Positions 18,815 to 24,606 of a stretch of DNA of 64,000 bases are shown piece after piece. Location of the stretch: IMG/VR virus record IMGVR_UViG_3300027733_000034, positions 1 to 64,000 of that record. One strand, written 5' to 3'. The first letter of the stretch is position 1. Each line of letters opens with the position of its first letter. The translations under genes were made by a program, and so were the position numbers. Source of the DNA: a virus. The notes under the pieces are model-generated. The model was not told the origin of the DNA. It ran no database searches and saw nothing but the letters and a program-made list of their open reading frames with translations.

Positions 18815-19552
18815 TTATTTTTTAATAATATCAAATTCCTTACATTCTTTTAATGTATATAAAAAAATAATGTTATTGTATAGAGATTTTAAAATTTCTA
18901 TTTTGTTTTGTTGAGTTTTTACAGCGTATGGGTTTTTTGGATCCAAATATAAATCATATGTAGGAAGATAAAAATCTGGAAAATATTTATGAGTTTGATT
19001 TTCTGAATCCACCCACTGAATAGGTAATGGTCTGATCCAAGAAATTTGAAGATAGTCTAATCTTTTTGCCAGTTCTAATTCCCAAGAAGAATCTAACATT
19101 ATTCCATTATACTCTATCATTCCTTTTTTTAATCTTCTGTGAGAAGAAGATAAAGCTTTTTCTCTTATAAGCTGTTTTGCTTTGTCTGTATGTTTTCTGC
19201 CGAGGAATGCGTTATGTAATACATGAGAATATTTTCCGTTTTTATGGGCTTCTTTAATTTTTTCTTTATGTTCTATAGTTAGAGGCTTTCCTTTGTTTTG
19301 TTTTGTAACTTCTAATATTCGTTTTGATAATTGATTTTTGTCTTCAATAGATCTTGGATTGTAGGAGCACCATCTGCTATGGTTTGCTCGTTGAGATGCA
19401 GATAGAGTTTCAAAGTTTAAATCGCAATATTTACAAGATGAGAGTTTTTGAAATGGCTTGTATGATCCGTTACAAGATGCAAAATGTCTATTAAAATTAG
19501 ACCTTTGATTTCTAAATTCATGATTACATTTAGAACAAATTATTTTTTTCAT
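18815..19552 (-). CDS. putative free-standing homing endonuclease (Zn fingers, NUMOD3-like segments, PD-(D/E)xK/TnsA-like C-terminus)
   Basis: CSKC..H..C, CKYC..H..C; GRKHTDKAK; DSSWE; YFPDFYLP..DLYLDPK; start moved to 19552 because the longer ORF runs through tRNA-Arg. Confidence 0.75.
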   Translation of the reverse strand: MKKIICSKCNHEFRNQRSNFNRHFASCNGSYKPFQKLSSCKYCDLNFETLSASQRANHSRWCSYNPRSIEDKNQLSKRILEVTKQNKGKPLTIEHKEKIKEAHKNGKYSHVLHNAFLGRKHTDKAKQLIREKALSSSHRRLKKGMIEYNGIMLDSSWELELAKRLDYLQISWIRPLPIQWVDSENQTHKYFPDFYLPTYDLYLDPKNPYAVKTQQNKIEILKSLYNNIIFLYTLKECKEFDIIKK

Positions 19553-19563
19553 ATTTTTTGAAA

Positions 19564-19638
19564 TGGTGTCGCTGACTGGATTCGAACCAGCAACCAATTT
19601 CTTAGAAGGAAATTGCTCTTCCATTGAGCTACAACGAC
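19564..19638 (-). tRNA. trnR: tRNA-Arg(TCT)
   Basis: cloverleaf; anticodon arm ATTTC-CT-TCT-AA-GAAAT; TTCGAAT; CCA. Confidence 0.95.
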
Positions 19639-19670
19639 ATAAACTACTTATCCTAAAATATTATAAAACA

Positions 19671-19700
19671 CTCTTGTCCTATCCATTAAACGATCGAGAC
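19671..19700 (-). pseudogene. tRNA 5'-half remnant (Arg-like)
   Basis: GTCTCGA TC GTTTAATGGATAGGAC A AGAG then the sequence breaks; has its own promoter at 19709-19737. Confidence 0.6.
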
Positions 19701-19708
19701 ATGTAAAG

Positions 19709-19737
19709 ATTATAGATTTCCAGAGAAGGGAAATCAA
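19709..19737 (-). promoter_or_regulatory. sigma70-like promoter
   Basis: TTGATT-N17-TATAAT. Confidence 0.7.
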
Positions 19738-19740
19738 TGA

Positions 19741-19900
19741 AAAAGATGTGTTTTCCTCGCGAGACTTGTCACATCATTCAACGATCGACTACCATACGGC
19801 AATCCAATAACGTCTAAGGCCAGTGTTTAAGAAAGAGCTGGAGATACAAACATAAACTGACCAAAACTTACTCCAGGTTGTCCGGCTATCTAGACCGGCA
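19741..19900 (-). ncRNA. unassigned structured RNA downstream of tRNA-Ser
   Basis: GC-richer non-coding stretch with several hairpins and crossing helices CTGGAG/CTCCAG and GGTCAGT/ACTGGCC. Confidence 0.45.
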
Positions 19901-19905
19901 CTAAG

Positions 19906-19998
19906 TGGCGGATAGAGTGGGAATTGAACCCACGGTGCCTTTAAGGAGCACGACAGTTTAGCAAACTGCTGTAGAAAACCGACATCTACGTCCCATCC
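19906..19998 (-). tRNA. trnS: tRNA-Ser(GCT)
   Basis: GCAGT-TT-GCT-AA-ACTGT, long variable arm, G73, CCA; A instead of U at position 8. Confidence 0.9.
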
Positions 19999-20003
19999 AA
20001 AAG

Positions 20004-20077
20004 TGGAGCGGGTAGAGGGAATCGAACCCTCCTCATTAGTTTGGAAGACTAAGGCATTACCACTATGCTATACCCGC
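20004..20077 (-). tRNA. trnG: tRNA-Gly(TCC)
   Basis: GCGGGTA/TACCCGC acceptor, U73, CCA, anticodon TCC. Confidence 0.95.
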
Positions 20078-20078
20078 G

Positions 20079-20120
20079 TGGTGTCCTTTATATGCACAGA
20101 TAAATCTGTACACTAGGGAC
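20079..20120 (-). ncRNA. 42-nt CCA-terminated hairpin (minihelix-like RNA or tRNA remnant)
   Basis: GTCCCTAGTGTACAGA-TTTA-TCTGTGCATATAAAGGAC-A-CCA. Confidence 0.45.
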
Positions 20121-20128
20121 ATTTAAAA

Positions 20129-20204
20129 TGGCACGCCGAGTAGGTACCGCCCCTACATAAGACGGTTTTGGAGACCGTTGCCTTGCTTGTCGAGCCATCG
20201 GCGC
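20129..20204 (-). tRNA. trnW: tRNA-Trp(CCA), non-canonical D/T loops (copy B)
   Basis: ACGGT-CT-CCA-AA-ACCGT; T-loop GGCGGTA; G73, CCA. Confidence 0.85.
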
Positions 20205-20258
20205 GTCTATACCCGCAATTTGTTGTTCAATCCTTTGGTCTTTGGATTTCATGTCTTT

Positions 20259-20720
20259 TTATTTATTTAAAGCATAAGTCTGACTAAAGATATCTTTTTT
20301 AATGACTCCGTAATCACCTGGACCATGCTTAACAATATAATCTTCTCCAGTCTTATATTCTAACTCTGCTCCCCAAGAAGTCTTTACTTTGCCGTCTGAA
20401 TCTGCTAGCTTAGCAAGCTTTACAATCTTCTTAGGAGAGGCAGAACCGTCTCCGTTGTCATCCTTCAACTCTTGAAACTTTTCTGGAGGCATAGAATACT
20501 TCTCTCCTTTTGGACCTGTCATAATATAGAACCCAGCTTTGTATTGCTGACGGCCTTCGAGTGTTTGAAGGGTTCCGTCTTGACTAGCTACCTCATAAGG
20601 TTCTATGGCTGGCTTTTTATAGGTCTGAAAAGAACCTTGTTGAAACCATTCATCTGTGATTTGTTCAATAATGATTCTTGTATAAGCTTCTTCTAGAAGT
20701 TGTTGGTCTTTGGTTTTCAT
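20259..20720 (-). CDS. PGDYG-family protein with KDxxLLEEAY leader
   Basis: TLEG...GEKY, GEDYIV.HGPGDYGVI..DIF..TY. Confidence 0.8.
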   Translation of the reverse strand: MKTKDQQLLEEAYTRIIIEQITDEWFQQGSFQTYKKPAIEPYEVASQDGTLQTLEGRQQYKAGFYIMTGPKGEKYSMPPEKFQELKDDNGDGSASPKKIVKLAKLADSDGKVKTSWGAELEYKTGEDYIVKHGPGDYGVIKKDIFSQTYALNK

Positions 20721-20750
20721 GTTATATGCTTGTTATATGCTTGTTAAGAT

Positions 20751-20826
20751 TGGCACGCCGAGTAGGTACCGCCCCTACATAAGACGGTTTTGGAGACCGT
20801 TGCCTTGCTTGTCGAGCCATCGGCGC
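20751..20826 (-). tRNA. trnW: tRNA-Trp(CCA), non-canonical D/T loops (copy A)
   Basis: identical to 20129-20204. Confidence 0.85.
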
Positions 20827-20835
20827 GTTTGAAAG

Positions 20836-20910
20836 TGGCTCCTGGAGTAGGGCTCGAACCTACAACATCCTCGTTAACAGCGAGGCGCTCTACCATTGAG
20901 CTATCCAGGA
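20836..20910 (-). tRNA. trnN: tRNA-Asn(GTT)
   Basis: canonical cloverleaf, CCTCG-CT-GTT-AA-CGAGG, G73, CCA. Confidence 0.96.
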
Positions 20911-20916
20911 ATGTTG

Positions 20917-21303
20917 TTATCTATTAAGATCGTATTCGTTCATTCTATCTTCTGGAGATTGTGGTAATTCACTTACATCCCGGAAGCCAGGGCCGTATAT
21001 TTGAAACCAACTTCTGTCTGAAGTACCACCATTGTCTAATTCTTTTCCGGTAATCACTTCTACAGCCGTAGCTGGATCATTATGAAATTCTCCTTCTACA
21101 TCAAATCCTAAAGCAAACTTGTCTGATTTTATTTGATTTGCTACGGCATTTTCAAAAGAGCTTCCTTTAAGAGTATACAAATCACCACCGTATTCATCTA
21201 TCTGAGCTACGTACCAAGTGTTGCTTGATTGTGGTTCTGGGTTTTCTTTTAATAGGACCTTTAAATAGGCTTCTTGTAATAACGCTTTGTCTTTAGAATT
21301 CAT
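20917..21303 (-). CDS. acidic hypothetical protein with KDxxLLQEAY leader
   Basis: MNSKDKALLQEAYLKVLLKE. Confidence 0.75.
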   Translation of the reverse strand: MNSKDKALLQEAYLKVLLKENPEPQSSNTWYVAQIDEYGGDLYTLKGSSFENAVANQIKSDKFALGFDVEGEFHNDPATAVEVITGKELDNGGTSDRSWFQIYGPGFRDVSELPQSPEDRMNEYDLNR

Positions 21304-21370
21304 GTTTATATTCTTAATTATATTAATATTATATTAAAAGGAAGCATTTGCACGAAAAAATGCAAATTAA

Positions 21371-21445
21371 TGGTCGTGACGGTGAGGATCGAACTCACGT
21401 GGACTAGTTCCCAAAACTAGTGCCTGTCCTCTAGGCTACGTCACG
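21371..21445 (-). tRNA. trnP: tRNA-Pro(TGG)
   Basis: C1-G72, CTAGT-TT-TGG-GA-ACTAG, CCA. Confidence 0.95.
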
Positions 21446-21451
21446 TTAAAA

Positions 21452-21526
21452 TGGAGCTCAGTATCGGAATCGAACCGATCAACAAGGGTTTTGCAGACCC
21501 TCCCTTAGCCAACTAGGTCACTGAGC
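21452..21526 (-). tRNA. trnC: tRNA-Cys(GCA)
   Basis: AGGGT-CT-GCA-AA-ACCCT, U73, CCA. Confidence 0.92.
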
Positions 21527-21529
21527 AAA

Positions 21530-21603
21530 TGGTTGTCTGGGAAGGTAACGCTCCTTCGTCTTTCGATTATCAGTCGAGAGCTCTACTTTTGAGCTACCAG
21601 ACA
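21530..21603 (-). tRNA. trnI: tRNA-Ile(GAT), non-canonical elbow
   Basis: CTCGA-CT-GAT-AA-TCGAA; D-loop AAAAGTA; T-loop AGCGTTA; CCA. Confidence 0.88.
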
Positions 21604-21606
21604 TTT

Positions 21607-21682
21607 TGGTCCCCTAGCTAGGATTTGAACCTAGATCGTCCGAATCACAATCGGAAACACTAAACCTTTGTGCTACTAAGGG
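21607..21682 (-). tRNA. trnH: tRNA-His(GTG) lacking encoded G-1, with A73
   Basis: TCCGA-TT-GTG-AT-TCGGA; acceptor CCCTTAG/CTAGGGG-A-CCA. Confidence 0.9.
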
Positions 21683-21692
21683 GATATGAAAT

Positions 21693-21769
21693 TGGCAACC
21701 CCAGTCGGATTCGCACCGAACATCTGTTGATTGAAAGTCAACTATCCTAACTAATTAGACGATGAGGTC
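21693..21769 (-). tRNA. trnE: tRNA-Glu(TTC), non-canonical elbow
   Basis: GTTGA-CT-TTC-AA-TCAAC; T-loop TGCGAAT; CCA. Confidence 0.9.
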
Positions 21770-21780
21770 ATTTATAAAAA

Positions 21781-21859
21781 TGGTGGAGCTTATCGGAATC
21801 GAACCGATCTGATATTCTCATTGCAAATGAGATGACCACACCAAGCAGTCCCAAACCCC
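21781..21859 (-). tRNA. trnA: tRNA-Ala(TGC)
   Basis: G3:U70 pair, TCTCA-TT-TGC-AA-TGAGA, A73, CCA. Confidence 0.93.
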
Positions 21860-21866
21860 AATAAAA

Positions 21867-21970
21867 TGGAGCCAACAGTCGGGATTGAACCGACGACCGG
21901 CGGTTTATAAGAACTGTCTCGGTTGGTGACAACTCTCAAAACCGCTGCTCTACCACTGAGCTATGTTGGC
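21867..21970 (-). tRNA. trnT: tRNA-Thr(TGT)-like gene with a 29-nt hairpin insertion (putative intron) in the anticodon
   Basis: perfect acceptor, D, anticodon and T stems plus CCA; 36-nt anticodon loop TTTG[AGAGTTGTCACCAACCGAGACAGTTCTTA]TAA. Confidence 0.8.
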
Positions 21971-21982
21971 GAATAATAAAAA

Positions 21983-22058
21983 TGGTGAGCCTGGTTGGAC
22001 TCGAACCAACGACCAACTGGTTAAAAGCCAATTGCTCTGCCAACTGAGCTACAGGCTC
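21983..22058 (-). tRNA. trnK: tRNA-Lys(TTT)
   Basis: canonical cloverleaf, CT-TTT-AA, CCA. Confidence 0.96.
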
Positions 22059-22064
22059 TTAAAA

Positions 22065-22152
22065 TGGTGGGTAGTGTGGGTAACGATCCCACAGAGCATT
22101 TACATGCGCCGGTTCTACAAACCGGACCGTCTCCTTAACGGTATAACTACCC
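22065..22152 (-). tRNA. trnY: tRNA-Tyr(GTA)
   Basis: CCGGT-TT-GTA-GA-ACCGG, long variable arm, T-loop ATCGTTA, CCA. Confidence 0.88.
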
Positions 22153-22174
22153 TTTATACAAACTTATATTAAAC

Positions 22175-22250
22175 TATCAAAGAACAAAATTGGTGTGAGA
22201 CTTGTATCTCCGCTGTTAATAATTATAACCGGAAATGTGAGGGAAGCCAA
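22175..22250 (-). promoter_or_regulatory. tRNA operon promoter with leader hairpin and boxA-like element
   Basis: TTGGCT-N17-TATAAT (22250-22222); TGTTCTTTGATA at 22186-22175. Confidence 0.6.
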
Positions 22251-22303
22251 CTTTTTTTGTTTTTAACAGTTCACAAACCAGATCCGCAACGGTAAATATT
22301 GTT

Positions 22304-23122
22304 ATGAAATCACGATCTGAGAGATGGAGTATCGGGGCTGGAAAATATAATGAAGAACAATTGAAACAAAGACAAGAAGATTATAACAAAAATCCTGATG
22401 AGTGTTTGTTCTGCAAAAACTCAATGCCATACATTGCTTTATATGAAAGAAACAAACGTAAATTCTGTAATAGATCTTGTGCAGCTAAACACAATAATCA
22501 AAATCGTCTACAATCTAATCTTACGCGCAAAACAAACTTTGTATATCAAAAAGGACTAACAAAAGAAGCATGTTGCATTATTTGTCAAGCAAACATTAAG
22601 ATAGGAAAAAACTATAGTGCAAAGAAGGCTAAATGTGTTGATTGTAAAATAACTAAAACAAAAATTATGATGTGTAAGTGTTGTTCTAAAGAATTTAATA
22701 CGTCTGCTATTCGTAAGTGTTGTTCTGTAGAATGTTCTAAACGTTTAAAACAAAGGGGAGGTAGTCTGGGTGGAAAAATATCAGCTTCAAAGATTGTTAA
22801 AAGATCTAGAGATGAAATAAAATTATATAGTTTCTGTAAAAATTATTTTAATTCTGTAAGACACAATGAAATTATCTCAGATGGTTGGGATGCAGATATC
22901 ATTATAGATGATTACAAATTGGCTATACTCTGGAATGGACCTTGGCATTACAAACAATTGTCACTAAAGAATCATTCTTTAGCTCAAGTACAAAACCGAG
23001 ATAAAATCAAAACAGATGTTCTAACATCAGCTGGATGGAAAGTTTTATTCTTTAATGATAATAAATATACTCCAGAAAAGGCATTTCAATTTATAAAAGA
23101 AAGTTGCAGGGGCGGGATTTGA
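22304..23122 (+). CDS. putative homing endonuclease (multiple Cys-rich Zn ribbons, C-terminal Vsr/DUF559-like PD-(D/E)xK domain)
   Basis: several CxxC and FCNRSC/CCSVEC motifs; WDADI...LAILWNGPWHY...RDKIK...GW; antisense to the tRNA array. Confidence 0.75.
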   Translation: MKSRSERWSIGAGKYNEEQLKQRQEDYNKNPDECLFCKNSMPYIALYERNKRKFCNRSCAAKHNNQNRLQSNLTRKTNFVYQKGLTKEACCIICQANIKIGKNYSAKKAKCVDCKITKTKIMMCKCCSKEFNTSAIRKCCSVECSKRLKQRGGSLGGKISASKIVKRSRDEIKLYSFCKNYFNSVRHNEIISDGWDADIIIDDYKLAILWNGPWHYKQLSLKNHSLAQVQNRDKIKTDVLTSAGWKVLFFNDNKYTPEKAFQFIKESCRGGI

Positions 23123-23194
23123 ACCACTTATGCGCGTTTTAGTAGCTTCTTGGTTATGAGCCAAGCTAGATCGACCAGACTTCTATACCCTGCT
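23104..23194 (-). tRNA. initiator-type tRNA-Met(CAT) with extra nucleotides in the variable/T region, no encoded CCA
   Basis: A1xA72 mismatch, CTTGG-CT-CAT-AA-CCAAG, TTCAAAT T-loop; 25 nt instead of about 10 between the anticodon stem and T-loop. Confidence 0.65.
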
Positions 23195-23288
23195 ATTAAG
23201 ATGTGAAAGAACTAACCGCCTTCCCACTTGACGACCCCGCGGTTGATGTAATAATTATACTACAGGGGTTAATGGGAAACCACCTTTT

Positions 23289-23882
23289 TTAAGAAAATTT
23301 TGGAGGAAGTGGTGTAGCTGGGGCTGAGGATGATGTTTTTAGATCTCCTGGAACACTCAAGGTTCTGCCTTTATAGGTGTTAGACAAATATCTAATCAAT
23401 TCTTTAGTCATACTCCAACCGGGTGGAATAACCTGATTATCCGGAAAGTTATTCAAAGTTTTTATCATGTAGAAAACAAAACTATCTTCTACATTATCTG
23501 CAACTATATCTGCTGCTTCATCATCTATATCTATTTTACTTAAGGCATTATTACCTCTAAGGTTGTCAGCTACTTTCATGAATTTTTTAAAAGTAGCCAA
23601 TATCGGTCCAGTAGGATCTAAATACCTTGCAGCTACAGCTTGAGCCATATCACCAGCAGTTTCTATAGCATCCAATGGATCAATTGAGTTCTGCCCTTGA
23701 CCAAAGACTGTTGATCCGACTCCAGCATTAAATGTAGTTTTGATTGCTCCCTTAACAGCAGAACCAACTAACTTTCCAGCCATTTTTTGATTTGCGGCTT
23801 TTTTAATAGCTTGTTTCAAATCTCCAAAGGTAATTGGAGCACTGGTTGCTTCTTTAAGATGAAGATACTGCTGGAAGGTCAT
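23289..23882 (-). CDS. hypothetical late protein, possibly a head internal protein
   Basis: MTFQQYLHLKEA N-terminus resembles T4 capsid-targeting peptides; ATAAGTA box upstream. Confidence 0.7.
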   Translation of the reverse strand: MTFQQYLHLKEATSAPITFGDLKQAIKKAANQKMAGKLVGSAVKGAIKTTFNAGVGSTVFGQGQNSIDPLDAIETAGDMAQAVAARYLDPTGPILATFKKFMKVADNLRGNNALSKIDIDDEAADIVADNVEDSFVFYMIKTLNNFPDNQVIPPGWSMTKELIRYLSNTYKGRTLSVPGDLKTSSSAPATPLPPKFS

Positions 23883-23914
23883 TTACTTACTTATAAGACA
23901 TAAGTAATAATACC

Positions 23915-24274
23915 ATGATAAGACATCTTAAAGCTCTCAAAGAATCTTTAGAAGGAAAGCCTCTTGCTGTGAGATCTTCTCATTGGTCTACTGTTAGAAA
24001 ACATCATCTTCAAAAACAACCTACCTGTGCGGCTTGTGGGGGTACACAAAAATTACAGGTTCATCACAAACAACCTTATCATTTGCATCCGGACTTAGAA
24101 CTAGAACCTACCAATCTTATTACTCTGTGTGAATATGGAGACATTGATTGTCATTTTAACATAGGTCATTATAGAGATTGGAAATCTTTTAATCCTAATG
24201 TGGAATTAGATGCTGCAGAAGAATTGTCTAGTCTCTCCCAGTGTCACACCACTTCTCAACCAGGTAAACCCTAA
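23915..24274 (+). CDS. HNH endonuclease family protein
   Basis: CAACG..LQVHHK.P....P.L.L..NLITLC....CH..GH. Confidence 0.8.
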   Translation: MIRHLKALKESLEGKPLAVRSSHWSTVRKHHLQKQPTCAACGGTQKLQVHHKQPYHLHPDLELEPTNLITLCEYGDIDCHFNIGHYRDWKSFNPNVELDAAEELSSLSQCHTTSQPGKP

Positions 24275-24432
24275 GGAATCCTTAATCAAGCTCAGAGAGG
24301 CCTTCAGCCTTCGGCAGGTGTCACTCCCCAATTGGGGGAAGTGTCTAGTCTCTCCTAGAGTCACACCACTTGTATCGCCCGGATATGTCCAGGCCGTTCT
24401 CCTCCGTGATAACCACAGAAGAGGCAGGTGTC
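24225..24432 (-). ncRNA. tandem pair of an unassigned structured RNA motif
   Basis: both units begin GACACCTGCC and end AAGTGGTGTGACnCTRGGAGAGACTAGACA (28/30 identical) with unrelated hairpin-rich interiors. Confidence 0.65.
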
Positions 24433-24437
24433 GCAAT

Positions 24438-24511
24438 CTCAGCAGGGTTTACGGTCTGCTACGTTCCAATTACAGACTTACCTAAATACCAGAGGGGTCG
24501 TGGTTACTGAG
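24438..24511 (-). ncRNA. structured RNA domain 3' of tRNA-Val
   Basis: closing stem CTCAGTA/TGCTGAG with internal hairpins ACCA/TGGT and GTCTGT/GCAGAC. Confidence 0.4.
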
Positions 24512-24516
24512 AAAAG

Positions 24517-24592
24517 TGGTGCTTGGGGTGGGACTCGAACCCACGATAATCTGCGTGTAAAGCAGGTACTTTAGCCACTAAGTTACCCAAGC
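24517..24592 (-). tRNA. trnV: tRNA-Val(TAC)
   Basis: TT-TAC-AC loop, perfect acceptor, CCA. Confidence 0.95.
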
Positions 24593-24606
24593 ATAAAAAG
24601 TAAAAA

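Larger units (their letters stand above)
20129..20828. repeat. 78-bp perfect direct repeat (tRNA-Trp) flanking the PGDYG gene
   Basis: 20129-20206 identical to 20751-20828. Confidence 0.9.

Noticed and set aside
19553-19624. N-terminal extension of the endonuclease ORF (and similarly 25458-25565)
   Set aside because: These run through tRNA or tRNA-like genes; downstream ATGs fit better.
19815-19880. Theta/HDV-like ribozyme call
   Set aside because: The helix order fits, but G1, the L3 UCC..G loop and the P1.1 GG are not evident; kept only as an unassigned RNA.
21905-21940. Group I intron or canonical archaeal BHB intron in tRNA-Thr
   Set aside because: 29 nt is far too short for group I and no plausible excision ends in G; no 3-4-3 bulge-helix-bulge can be drawn.
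21963-22172. 69-aa + strand ORF
   Set aside because: Antisense shadow of tRNA-Lys and tRNA-Tyr.
24225-24371. CRISPR mini-array
   Set aside because: Only two 30-nt repeats, separated by 87 nt of structured sequence with a second shared motif; no cas genes in the window.
24206-24485. ORFs 24206-24436 and 24210-24485
   Set aside because: They overlap the GC-rich structured RNA; the peptide repeats merely mirror the RNA repeat.
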